A stretch of DNA of 64,000 nt. Origin: Blasia pusilla (Eukaryota). The notes beneath the pieces are model-generated. The model was not told where the DNA came from and ran no database searches. It saw only the letters and a program-made list of their open reading frames with translations. The translations under genes and the position numbers were made by a program. The stretch spans positions 13,826,001-13,890,000 of the forward strand of contig CM114271.1 in the NCBI GenBank assembly GCA_050084515.1. Reading direction: 5' to 3'. Below are positions 14,451 to 27,321 of this stretch, piece after piece (position 1 is the first letter of the stretch; each line of letters starts with the position of its first letter).

Positions 14451-17139
14451 TATAAGTGGAGCAATTTTCTTACATCGATCATGCTTCCCTTCAAGGATGT
14501 AAGTATGTTGTTATACACATCCCTAGGAATACAAAAGCTTTGTAAAAAGTTTATACAATATGCCATGATGTAGAGTGACATACACAAGACGTTTAATGAA
14601 TACAACACATGTATTGTATATAATCATATGTAAACTTTATTATGACACAAATATTTTATAATAATACCGTACAATAGTATGTGATTCAAAATTTTTTCCC
14701 ACAAATAATTTTGTCTAATTCCCTCCGTCAATGTGCTTCCTTGGAGATCGAGTCTATCGTGAACTCTTTTGGATGTGCAACCCATATTTCAACGCAATAC
14801 TCTTGAATTGCTTACAAGTACAAAAATTGTAAAGATAGGCTTTTGCAGTTCCAAGTTCCCATTTGCAACTTCTTCGCGAGTCCCTAAACTCAAACTTTGT
14901 AAGTTCGTATTGTCGCAATTTGCAACTATCTTGCGACTATGGGCACTTGCACTCAAACGAGTAGTCACAAGTACGGTAGTATTGCAAATGAGTCACAAGA
15001 CAACCACAAAGTTGAAAATTTGACTCGCAAGTCAATTGCAAGCCACATGAAGTAGGCAAGAGGGATATATTCCTATAAGAAGTGAAGTTTTTTGCTTTTA
15101 TAGGATTTGTTTTAAAAGTAGTAGGGTAAGTTCGTGGCCTATGGTTCTGTGGCCGTAGTGGGACCTCCAAAACGTAGGAGATATTTTCCCCTTTAAGAGT
15201 CGAGGTCCTCCATCTTCCACAAATTCCCCCCCTCTATCCCTCGTTTTTGCCTCACATCCACAAAAGGTGACAACGCCTTTCTTTGGCAAGTAGTAAGCAC
15301 TTTGCCAAGTAAATACGGAAGCGATTGTACATGGCATTTGCAAATTGATATGAGTTATTGGAGGCGTGAATTTGAGATTGTTGTAAAATGTTGGGGTTGG
15401 TATAAAATGCTTAGGAGTTTCTTGTGTGTGAAGTTCAATGCTCATGGTTCAATCTAGTGTGAAGCTGCCATTTAGCTCAAGCATATTTCTCGTGGGTAAT
15501 TTGGTCTGAAGTTTGACTTTCAATAAAGTCATCCAGGTTATTTCTATCCTGTTACTCCATGCACACACTTTATTGATGTATGTCAAGCTGATGCGCTAAA
15601 ATTTTCTCAGTAGGCTCTTTGCGTTTGGTGTTGGGAGATTTTGTGTCTTGAAATCAACACGTTTTGCCCACCGATTCACCTCCTACCTCTTCATAGCATG
15701 TGTGCCCTCCAAGATCATTCTATCGAACTTGTGCCCCCCAATGCCTCGTCGATTCAGCCATGTTTATGATCTAGGCTCAATTCGTCCTTTAGATTCTACA
15801 ACCCTTATATTTACGCATTTCCCTGTGGGAGAGATCACTCGAGTTTGCAAGGGGACAAAATCCCAACATGACAACATGTGATATGAGTGTAGTCCAGCCT
15901 CTACTACAAAGTGGTCAAGTTATGCCTACACACTCCCCTCTCTTTTTCCATGGGTTATAGTTTTCATACCAATTATGCAAGATCCTCGACATGGGAGCAT
16001 ATGACAATACCGAAAGACTATAGTCCAACCTCCTCTAGCTATAGAGTGGTCAATTTTTTCCTTCATACTTGCCTCTCTGCTTCCCCGAATTTGAGTTTTC
16101 TCACCAACTATGCGAGAAATTATAATGATCTATTACTATGATCAAAGGTTGCTCGGGTGCGAGGAAATGTGAATGATGATGTGTGGACATTAGTACACGC
16201 AGTCAACTTGCTTTGGAAGTATGTGAGCATGCTCCATATCGAGGTGGGTTAATGTGTTCTTCCTTTATGATCGTGTGCTTCCCCCATCACTTTAAGGAGT
16301 TTGTTGAGGTGTGGGCACGCGGTTGATATCATCTTGATCATGATCGGTGGAGATCTTTGACTGCAATTGGCAAATTTTTCAGTAGCTTGACTAAGACAAC
16401 AATTGATTGAGGACAAACAGACACAAATCCTTGGGACAATCTGCATCTCAAGCGCTGGTTGAAAAGGAATGTAGATTATCTAACCCAAGGTCAAGGGTTA
16501 GTCCTTTCATTCCTTTGGGGACAACCCACAGAGGAAGATAATTGTGTTGTACACCCATACCCATATTGTCGCTCTGTTAGAATTTGGACTGGGATAATTT
16601 TTCAGAGACCTTGGAGTCTGTGATTGAGAACCAACAATGGAAAAACAATAGTTGAAGCTCCAATTCAATATAGGCCATGCAAAAAGCACGAAGCAAAATC
16701 TCGAGAGAATGGAGCAATAAACAAGAAATTTGAGGGTTGTGAGGGAAACGTGCGTACTTAGCGATGGCAAATCATCTCATAATCAAATAAACGATTCAGC
16801 GGCAAAGCAAAGCTTCCTCGGACATACATAACTACAAGGCCGACGCGGAGACTCATCAAAACTATTTAGAAGTTAATAATGCGCGAGGAGAAGGCATAAC
16901 TACAGCGATGTGCAGAACACATGATCAAACTTGCAACGGACTACATGAACTTGATATTTCACCTAATCTTGACAAACACGGAAAACAACGATAGTGTGTG
17001 ATCGATAGTTAGGGATTTCCTTCTTTGGAATGAAAGCAGACAACGGAATCTGTCAGAACCTTGTCATTAGTGGTTTCCGGCGAATGTCTTCACAATGGGT
17101 CCATATGCGTACATGAACTTCCTTATCTTAGCATCTAAG

Positions 17140-17664
17140 AGGTGTATACCATAAGTAGGTAGAGATAGATGGCTATTTGGAGTAAGAGGGATCTAACCAC
17201 TAGTTAGGGGGACGAATGGAGATATTTTGTTAACGATTTGCCTTTGTGTTTGTGTTTGGTGGATGATTGAGTTAGTGTAGTGTTTGTGTGTTTTATTAGT
17301 GAAAGCGATGTGTATGTATACAACAACTATCACATCATTTTTAGTGGAACAAAAAATTACTATGTGATGCTTTGGTGGAGACCAGAGTTTGAGTCGAGTA
17401 GATTATGGATGACTTGTTGAGGAATAGGGTAATGTGCAATAGTAGGGTTTTCCTTGGTTTGGACCCACTTGGAGGTTATTTGAAGAACTCAATATTTGGG
17501 GTAGGTTCCCCAATTATATGAGCTTTGATTTCCTATTGTAGATTTAGGCTCCAATTGATGATGTACGTGCGCTTGTCACTAAGGAGAGGACTTGGGGAAA
17601 GAGGGTATACCTCACGGACAATCAACTTGGAGGGCTCATTCCCTTTTTTTTGAACCTCTTCAAC

Positions 17665-17739
<75 letters not shown>

Positions 17740-17911
17740 ATGGAGTTCTTTCTGTTTTGTGCCATTTGCACCTATTTTATTAGAGATATTTTGGGAACGA
17801 TTTGCCTCTATGTTTGTGTTTGTGTTTGATGGATGATTGAGTTAGTCTAGTGTTTATATGTTTGATTAGTGACAGATCGTATGTTATGTAGGGATGTGTA
17901 TAGGTACGACA
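17140..17911 (+). mobile_element. 3' end of a related Gypsy family (E) with the split PPT-B1-NN-A2-B2 layout
   Basis: Conserved 3' UTR/PPT motif at 17171-17211. B1 at 17219-17325 ends TACAACA, followed by 2 nt, then A starts TATCAC at 17328. B2 at 17783-17911 ends TACGACA. The A part is homologous to 33720-34343. Confidence 0.75.
17667..17737. repeat. (GA)35 microsatellite
   Basis: Perfect dinucleotide run inside the family E terminal repeat. Confidence 0.98.
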
Positions 17912-18567
17912 TGGGCTAGATGATCAGTAGATATACCTTTGATTGTCGCCATAGAGAGACATCGACAACAAAGGAAATGATGAGAAGGGAGATGTGGATG
18001 TTGGAGATGCAAACACCCACAAACTATAACCGCGCTTTATGGATGGAGATTTTGCAACACAAATTGGCCTCCATTGGAGATACATACCAATCGAGGATTA
18101 ACAAGTAAAGGATATATGGTGGAGGCATGACATCCGTCTCTAAAGGTAAAGGGGACACATTCCTTAAGCCAAAGCAGAGCAAGTGCATTCCACTACGCAT
18201 TTGTGATTATTCCTTATATGCTAACAATCTTAGAATGTATGAGTTTGTGATATTTTAGTATGTTTAACTAACTACATGGGTGTATTATAAAATTCAAAAA
18301 AACTTTGGGGAGTATCTAATTGCCAAGGTTGATAGAGGACGTAAGAAGATGTCTTCATCGCCCAAGATCTCATAGCATCCTCGGTAAGTTCTTAACACAA
18401 TCAAATTTATAGAGTGTTTTAATGTTTAAGCTTTTTCCATATTATTTCTAAATACTAATTCAAATTAGTGGGATCATGTGCAACATGACATTTCTCATGT
18501 TGATGGGGAACGTCTTCCATTGGAACTTGGGTTGGATTTGATTTTGGAATTTGAGCCTCCTATAGCA

Positions 18568-18630
18568 AGGAGGAGGAGGAGGAGGAGGAGGAGGAGGAGG
18601 AGGAGGAGGAGGAGGAGGAGGAGGAGGAGG
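18568..18630. repeat. (AGG)21 microsatellite
   Basis: Perfect trinucleotide run. Confidence 0.98.
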
Positions 18631-19559
18631 AGTGAGGACGAGATGCTTGAGAGATGCCTCATAGATCGAAGGAGTTGCTCAATTGGTTACCCTTAGATAG
18701 AGAAGGTTTTCCTTGGGCAACACGCTTAGTGGATTTGGAGGGCCTAGATGTAGCAAGCACCAGACAAGTAGTTCTAAGCCAATTAGTGGGGGTTACTACT
18801 CATGGGCAACCATGTGCTCCGGTAGCGCCTTTAAGTCCTTCTATTAAGGCTAGACCTTCTAATGGTCCAACAAAACCTTGTGGATGTGGCATGTTAGGTG
18901 CACATCCTAAACGTACATAGTAATACGATTCCCGCTGTGGATTATTGTATATTTTGGAAATAAATTTTTATATAAATGAAAATTTGGAAACTTTGCATTT
19001 TTCAAAGGTAGATGTGAAATTAGCGTGACTTGATTTGCCAACATTTGGAAATTTTTTAATTTTTTGAAAATTTTCAAATACAAAAAAATAAATTACTTTG
19101 CGATTTCTTTGTGGCTACTTTATGAGAGATAGTCACATATTAGTAAAAAAATTGCAACTACAAGCACTTGGAAACTTTCATGCAGTTGACTAGTGACTAT
19201 GTTGCACCTAGTTGCGATGATTGTGCCACTATGTTGCAAGTGTGATGAAATGGCACTTTAGAGTTGTGGCGTAGTTGCAAAGTGAGGCTTGGTTTACAAA
19301 GGCTAAAAACTCATGCAAGTGTGCTACATAGTTGCAAACTTTTGCAAGCTTGCAACTATGTAGCAATTATACTACGACTGTTTATGTGGCTGCATGCACT
19401 CGCAAAATCTCTTCAAATGTAGTAGTGGATCGAGTGTCTAGTTGCCATATCCACCAACCCTCTAATGGCTGGTGGAGCTTTGCCACCATAACCAAAACCT
19501 CCTTGACGCGCACCAACTCTATTTCCCCAAGCCTTCATCTTCCCTTTGGATGCATCTCA

Positions 19560-20340
19560 CAATGAAGCTTGAAACACCTATTGCTTGTATGACCAAGCAT
19601 ATAACAAAGATTACATTGTGACTATGGTAGTGCCATGTGGAATGGCTTTTGAAAAATATGAGGCACCCTCTTCCCTCCATCATGTTGTCTACAATCTCTT
19701 TGTCTCTAGGATCCACCACACATCCAAAACCTTGCCCATGGAGGTTGGAAGAACTCGAGAATTAGGCTAAAACAAGGTTTCCCTCCATTAACAAAGGTCT
19801 TTGTCACCTCACTACCATTCTATCCCTCTAGACCCTAATGGTCCCAATCTAATGGTGTGGCTTGTGTGGTTATATTTTTTCTCACTATCCCATCCTATAC
19901 GTCTTGACCACTAGTGGAGACATACTTTTGGGCCCAATACACCCTCCAAGTGTTGATGTCTATGTACTGCATGTAAGGATTGAAACTCACTATAGTCAGC
20001 CATAGGAGGTCCCTTCACATGCTGGAACAAACCCATCCATGCCACAAAAGGGTTGAGTTGTGTTAGGCCAAGGCTTGTATCTCTTGGAAATTACATCATG
20101 CATCAAAATCATGGATGAAGTCAACTAAGTCGATGGTGCCTATCACACCCAAGAAGGGTAGCATACGCCTATGGCTTCTGTCACATATGTCTCCATACAA
20201 CACTATCTTTGTCTACGATCTCGCAGCTGGAGTTGGTATCTAATGATAATGATACGACCACCCATTGAAGCACATATGGTTTCTTAGTTGAAACCCCTCC
20301 ATACCTCACTCCACACCGCTTAAACTCCCCCACTACTACT
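19560..20340 (-). mobile_element. Highly degenerate gag remnant related to family B
   Basis: Minus-strand translation near 20030-20140 gives GTIDLVDFIHDFDA...LNPFVAW, resembling GTIELEDFMHEFDTW...FTPFLAW of family B gag. Confidence 0.55.
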
Positions 20341-21942
20341 TGAACTACTCCATTCCTTTAAACCTTGGAAGAATGTGATGATGACGACCTTCACTTATGT
20401 GCATAAGGACTCAGACTTACCCCAAGTCTCCCACACTTCTCATCCGCTCGCCTATGGTAATGAATATCTTATGAAGACAACCCTATCTCATGCACTCAAA
20501 CACTTGGGCTCACCTTTAGCCTCCCATACTAGGTTACCTAAGCTAATGAATGACAATGTTGGATCATACACAAGATCCCTATTCATGCAACCAGCCTATA
20601 GGCACAATCGCGTTACATGAAAAAGGATTCTACACTTGATACCATGATTACAACCATCTGTCACAAAATCTACTTGATACCTAACAACCTCAATGATAAG
20701 AGAAAAGTGCAAGAATAAGACTTGAATGGGTAATATGAAAATGTGTGCCATCACTCATCTACACAATGGACAATGACTACTTTGTAAGGTGCAGGAATCT
20801 ATGTGGCACAAAAACCACCTCGAACAACAAGTTGAACCTTCCATTTGCAGGTATGGAATACCCTTTGACATTTTTGTGGGTATCACCACGTCTAGCACTA
20901 TATCGCAAAACTCCGGTGTGGATAACTCATCTTGACTTATCTTTGCAATGTACTAGTGAGTTGACATTCAATTGAAAACTCTAGGTGGGTTGGCGTATCT
21001 CAAATCCACTCGTAACTCATAAATTTTAAATAATCAATTAGTTGTATCACCATAACAATTATCAAGAATAAACTCTAAGACTTTTAGAATGGGCCATTGA
21101 CTTGGCCAAAAAATCCGCATAATCAACCAAAAAATTCTAATGTAATATCGGACTGTGGTTGGATGACTACCTTGCCAACTCGACCAAGTAGCTATCCCTG
21201 CCAAACATAATGGCCATCTTCAATACGCAACCCAGACCTAACACAATGGTTTCCCACTCCTTATACATATTTATTTTTATCGCGTAGGTATGTGGCCTAT
21301 TTTCCTCGACTACCTAGCTACCGTGGCGACCTGACTACCACATCCGTTTGCTTGCATCTACATAGCGTTGGCCTCAATTAACTCCTCGCATAACTATGGT
21401 AGATAAATCAAACCCGTGGGAGCTCAAGGGTAAAGAGGCTAAGAAAAACATATCATAAATAATATACCAAATGAGGAAAAGACCCTAGAGGCCAAATCCT
21501 AGCCAATGCCTACAACACTCGAACGATGAATAATTATATCCCTAATATCACAACCTAAATCATCAAGTACTAACTGTAGTAGATAATAAAAATTTTGCAC
21601 ATCAATTTTATGAGCTAGTATAATCGCTTCATATCTAGGATATAGAACAAACATATGTTCTTCATCCTCAATACTTCCTATGTCACATAAGCTACAAATT
21701 CGTTCATTTTTATCAATGTTGAGCCAATATCCTTCCTCAATTCCTAGTCTATGAGATCCACTTTGGTGTCATGCCATAAGGTAACAATAGCTGTATGCAC
21801 TCGACTTCCTGCCCCCATCCTCACATCTCATCCCCCAAGGTTGCCTTCTCCGGACGACCTTTGTTGGAGCCTCCTCACGGCTAAACCGCCAAGCCTTATA
21901 CTCTTATGGAGCGGTGTGGTATGCGTGCATCTATGACGATTC

Positions 21943-22021
21943 ATAAATATAAATATAAATATAAATATATATAAATATATAAAATAAATAAATAAATAAA
22001 TAAATATATATATATATATAT
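21943..22021. repeat. Compound AT-rich microsatellite (ATAAAT)n(TAAA)n(TA)n
   Basis: Seen directly in the sequence. Confidence 0.9.
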
Positions 22022-24350
22022 GCGGCCTCCTTGAGCGCCTCCAAGCACCTTTGGCTAGGGTCCAACCTTTTTACTTGAGCAAGTTGAGCCGCCCCCTCCT
22101 TGATGACTAGCTAGGGTTTGCCCTAAGTTTTTCTTTCTGTCTTTCCTTCTATCTCATTAGGTTTTTGCCACTTCCTTGTACACACTCGTTGTTAAATGTT
22201 GCTACTTGCATGCTATGCATGAGCGAAACTCCACCGAATTTTGCTATTATCTTACGTGGCCACGATCGAGAATCTACTGAAAAATTGCCCTTCCATGCTT
22301 AAAAACCATAAAATTTTTAAACCACCACTAAAATACTTACAATGGGAAACCCTTTTTCTTCGTATTTAAGGGTTTTCATGTTAAGCCTTTCCTGTCTATA
22401 GGGAAAAGTTTCTTTAGCTTTTCAAAAAAATTTAAAGAGAATTTGTGATTATTGAGGAGAATCTCACTCCATGTAGCCTCTTGGATATCTCACAAACCCT
22501 ATATCGTGGATATAGGGTTCTTGGATATTTTAGTAATTTATCTTATGTATTTTGCTTTAGTTGTCAGACGGATTTAAAAAATATTATCATTTTTCAAAGA
22601 TTTGGCGAGGACCTGAAAATGGAGAATTTCCATATGGTTGGGGATAGATGGTTCATTCCAATGTGCCATGTTATCGGAATAAATCTGGATTGGCACATTG
22701 GAGTGAACCATCTATCCCGAATATGTAAATATTGGCAATATGTGGCATTGCCATAGGAACTCTCACTCATTCGAATAAATATTACCTCCCATAGTTAATT
22801 GTCATAATTTTCAAGTGCCATTTTAAGTTGATTCCAAGCGATCCTATTGGTTCGGAAGGGGAGGGATCTCATTGGTTGAAAATGGCAAATGAGAGGGTAC
22901 TCTCCAACAATAATATAGATGAAGATGTTAAAGGTTGGGTAGTGATTATAACAATAATTTGATTTCATTTCTACCATCATTGATTGCGGCCCCTACTACT
23001 AAGTCACAATAATCGCTTCATATACTTTTGGTGCAATTCGGGAGAGTGGATTCGGAGCGCATAACCCAAACCTAACCTGGACACATATTGGTTTAATATT
23101 TACCACCATTTCATGAGAATTTCCTTAGATTTTTAAATTTAATATTAGTAGAACTATTTTTTATTTTGAAAAATGAAATGAAATAAATGGAAAAAAATTT
23201 CATAGCATTTTGCCGAATTTGTCGACCAATATGTCCACTTCGAACCATCGCGACAATCGATCCAGCTGTCCTACTCCAGTTGATAGAGACGTGACTAGGA
23301 GACCCCGCCGCAGGCGGCCGTTCGACGTGGAGCAGGCGCAGCGACGCATGCGCAGCAGCCCTTTCGCTTTCTCTCTGTGTATGCTCAGCTGCAATGGAAG
23401 GGATCAATCGAAGAAAGAGAGAATGATGTCCGGCTGGAGTATCGTTACGGCGCTCGACGTTCGCATTCTGAAGGAGCTCGCTGTCGTCGATTGGTGCAGG
23501 ACAATTATCTACGCGAGCGAACATTCAATAACGTGGTGGAAGTATCGTTCTGACTGGTTCGAGTCCACCGCTCGCTGTATGTAGACGAAGAGGAGATGTA
23601 TGTAGACGAAGGTCGGTTTTGTTCAGGTGCATCCGCGACTGCCCCCACCGTCCCACGCATCTCTCTTTAGGACGGGCTTGCTGTAGCGTACGGCAAGGGG
23701 TATGCATCCGAAATGTAAGCTTAGGGTTTCATCTAAGTCCAGTCCGTCTTCATTTTGCAAATATGTTTTCTAGTCGCTTATTTCGGATTCAACTTTACAA
23801 TTTGGATTTGGATGGGTGTACATATGTTTCTTAACTACACAACATCATTCGAGTTTTTCAATTATATTTTATTAGTAAGGTGACCACGGGAAATACAAAT
23901 GTGTTTGAAGACTTCTTAAAATTGTAAAGGATAGGATTAATGATGTTGCACGTGTTTATTGACACGTGATTATCCGGTGACCAATTTTGATTAAAAATGC
24001 CACTTTTGGATACCATTTCCGAGCTTGGAAATTATTCATGATAAAGAAAAAAAGAAATCTTTAATAAGAACCTACATTTTAAATAACCCGGGGTAAATGA
24101 AACCCCATCAAGGAGTCCGTGTTCGTTACCGAACAAGAACAAGAATGAGTGCAATTTAAGAAAAAGTGTTCTTTTTACCCCAAAACATTTTCTCCCATGT
24201 TAATGTAGATTATTTTTTCGAAACTCATACGTCGTTACATTTTTACTCTCCCCGTCTATATTTGACACTAACCTTTCCATTTTCATCAAATTTGTAAAGT
24301 TTTTTCCTTCAAACTTGGTGTGCTTTATTAATTACTTTGGATTCTTTTCG

Positions 24351-24463
24351 TGAATTCTCCATCCTAACATCTGTAGAATTTATTTTCAGTCATATCTGTA
24401 AGTTTTTCGTTGTCTTCAAATTGTGCCATGAATTCTCCATCCTAACACCTATAGAATTTATTT
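24351..24463. repeat. Two ~35-bp direct repeats
   Basis: TGAATTCTCCATCCTAACA(T/C)CT(G/A)TAGAATTTATTT at 24351-24385 and 24429-24463. Confidence 0.85.
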
Positions 24464-26084
24464 CCTCAGCGCTGCTACTGCCCAGACTGTTGTCGGTCGC
24501 TCTGTCCACAGCCCCGCTGAAATCGGGGGACGAGTTTATCTTCTATTCTATCGCCAGTGTGACGTGAGGGTGACCCGTCTGGCCCGGGGGGGACCTATAG
24601 GTGCTGGAAGATCGACAGACTTGCAGGGAGAGTCTGGGGGACAGGATGACTAAAGCTTAAAAAATTGAAAACCGCTTTTATTTAATTTCATGTGCAGAAT
24701 CTGGGATTCTGAAAAAGCGCCCAAACATGTGACAGTCAGACGAGCGCAAATTTAGCGATCAGCTCTATCGTGGCCGACGAGTATGGAACTTGAAATAACT
24801 AAGATGATGAGCGTCGAGTGCAAGATCTTCTCCTCATTCGACACACTGGTCTTTGGAGGAGATTTGTCTTTCATACTCATAGACTCATTTGGACGTCTGA
24901 AGTGGGAATGTGCCAGACCGAAACCGATTCAAGCGCGCGCTGTGCAAGCGGTTGGTTTCCGTTCCATCAGCGGGAAGTGAACCTCGCCACACAAAAATCA
25001 CCGCCCATGTAACCCTGAACCGTGGTAAGAAAGTTGGAAGTTTGGAAGATTTCAAAGGGAGGGAACTCAAGATTGAAATTGAGAACCATAATATCGAAGC
25101 GTTCGGCTTGGCTGATCGAATTGCAGATTATTGTGCGAACCAGGGGGAAAGAGGCTACGATTTGAGACAGAAAATGAAAGTATTGATTGATCTGACACAA
25201 TTTGAACGGTCCTCGATTGTTCCAGTGCGGAAAGACATCGGAAATCCATAGCAGGCACACTATGAAAATATGTCCACAAGAGGTTTTTCGATTTTCTCCG
25301 AAACCTCCTAATGCGGGCATCGACTACCTTCTTTCTTGAAACTTGTAAACCATTCGATTTCGCACCCAGCTGGTGACCCAGTCTGATCGATCTCGAGTTG
25401 ATGTGGGAAGCGGTGATTCCCACTGGCGATGACAAACTCGTAACCTGTAAAATTGTTATGAACCTGGGGCCCAAAAGAGAAAAATACCAGCCGCTTACGA
25501 TCAGAATCACTCCGAAACCAATTGTGAGCCAATAAGGCAAAATCTCATACGATGTTTGAATGTTTCTATTCCGAATCGAAGCGAAGTGCAGGCTTCAAAT
25601 AAAATTCACATAGGAGACGGATTGGCCGCTTCACGTCCAAGCTCATGACAGCTTCGTGGCTGCGCAACTTGAAGTTCAAACCATTAAAGCACTCTATCTT
25701 AGACTAGAACTCGCGATCATCATCATGGCAATGGGCCGTCAAACTATGGTCAACTCTCCACGAATGGGCTTTCTATCATCCGGTAGCATTGCGTCGACGA
25801 CGTATGTCAGATCGAGTGTAATGCGAAACCCCAAGAGTCGTGATACTGCGTGGCGATCCCCACTTCTTACGGTAGCTGGCACGCACTTCGGAGAGGCTGG
25901 CCATATAGGATGCTAATAACTGCAATCCAACTTCTAAGCTCGTGACAGGAAGCATGGGTGTCATGATGACACGATATCGGCAGCAATTTTTCGAGCATTT
26001 TTCGGTATGCATCCAAACATCCCTAGATATTCAAGCCCTTACATAAGAGTATACATTCAGATCTTCCGGAGCAGCCACTCTTTT

Positions 26085-27321
26085 TCACTCGAGGTGGATT
26101 TCAGACTGCGTGGAGAAAACACTTTCGGCGGTGGAAGCTCGGGGTACATCTGCAAGATCGCGGTGTTTAGAAGTGCCGTCGTCTTCGTCCAAACGGAGTT
26201 CCCGCGCTTGATCTCCAAACAGATTCCTCGCGTCGCGGCTGTTCAACCTACTGGAGCCCGAATGGCTGGGAGCTTCTGCATTCACGGCTGCGGATTCCTG
26301 CATCTTTGTCGGTGCTGCTGCTGCTGATCCAAATTATATGACCGGGAGAAACTTACAGGTGAGTTCAAGTGTCAACTTCAGCTCATAGTACGAGGAAATC
26401 GATCAAAATAGTTGGTCTTCAGCACGTGAGCATCGTAATGTAAATGGTGAGGATCATTATCTCCCAATCCTAGTGCCTACAGAAAGTTATCGAAGGCAAA
26501 ATCCAATTCACAACATCACCTTCTAGATCAACAATTTAGATCGGGAACGAACAATCAGTCTGAGTTCTCTGGATATGCAAAACACCAAGGTATGGCCGTA
26601 ACTGTGATGGACTTTCCGATTTGGCAATAGACTGTCCCTGTTCGAGAGATACGATGGCATTTTCCTTTCCATAGGCCGGGAGAGAGAGTGAATCTAGTCT
26701 TAAATTTGGGGACGTAGTGAGGGAAAATTTCTAGTGAAAGGAGGGAGTCTTTGTGCACATAGTGAGGGGGATTTTCTAGTATGCAGGGACCTTCTAATGA
26801 ATAACTAACTCGTCACAAGTAGCACTCGGTGAAGACTATCGGGCTCAATCCCGAACGAAGAAATAGCTACGGATGTATACATGTGGAAGAACTAGCTACA
26901 GATGTGTACGGCTCGGTATCACCCAAGCTCTAGAGGCTTGAGTTGGAACGGCCCAGGACCTAGCTGCACTCGCAGACTAGCTCGATCGTGATATCTTTCC
27001 TCAGTATCTTGAGACTGTGGATTGCTTAGTACAAAACTTTGCGTTGAGGTGAACTAGACTGGACGAGACACAAAGAGTGAACTTTCCTGAATCTAGAAAA
27101 GTCATTGGGCTCACGAACGTTCATCATCACTGTTTATTGTTTTAATTAACATGCAAGTTGCTGAAGGACGAAACTTGTGTCTGAGTTGAGAGAAAGAACC
27201 AATGAACGAATTTGCCGTGAACTTCACCTTGTTGAATACTTCGCATATGAAGGCACAAAGGAAGAAGCAGACAGATGGCGATGACTATTAGAGACAGACC
27301 CAGGAGAATCGTCCTCCCCAT
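26085..27321 (-). CDS. Candidate two-exon small secreted peptide precursor (~110 aa), unknown family
   Basis: Exon 27321-27228 encodes a signal-peptide-like MGRTILLGLSLIVIAICLLLPLCLHMRSIQQ. A phase-1 GT donor joins in frame to a CAG acceptor at 26324 and to ORF 26303-26085. The region is CpG-rich and non-repetitive. No homology was recognised. Confidence 0.35.

Noticed and set aside
17592-18696. ORFs with poly-ER and poly-R tracts
   Set aside because: Translations of the (GA)n and (AGG)n microsatellites.
25067-25540. 157-aa minus-strand ORF with a hydrophobic start
   Set aside because: Non-ATG start and no homology. More likely intron or UTR of the neighbouring candidate gene.
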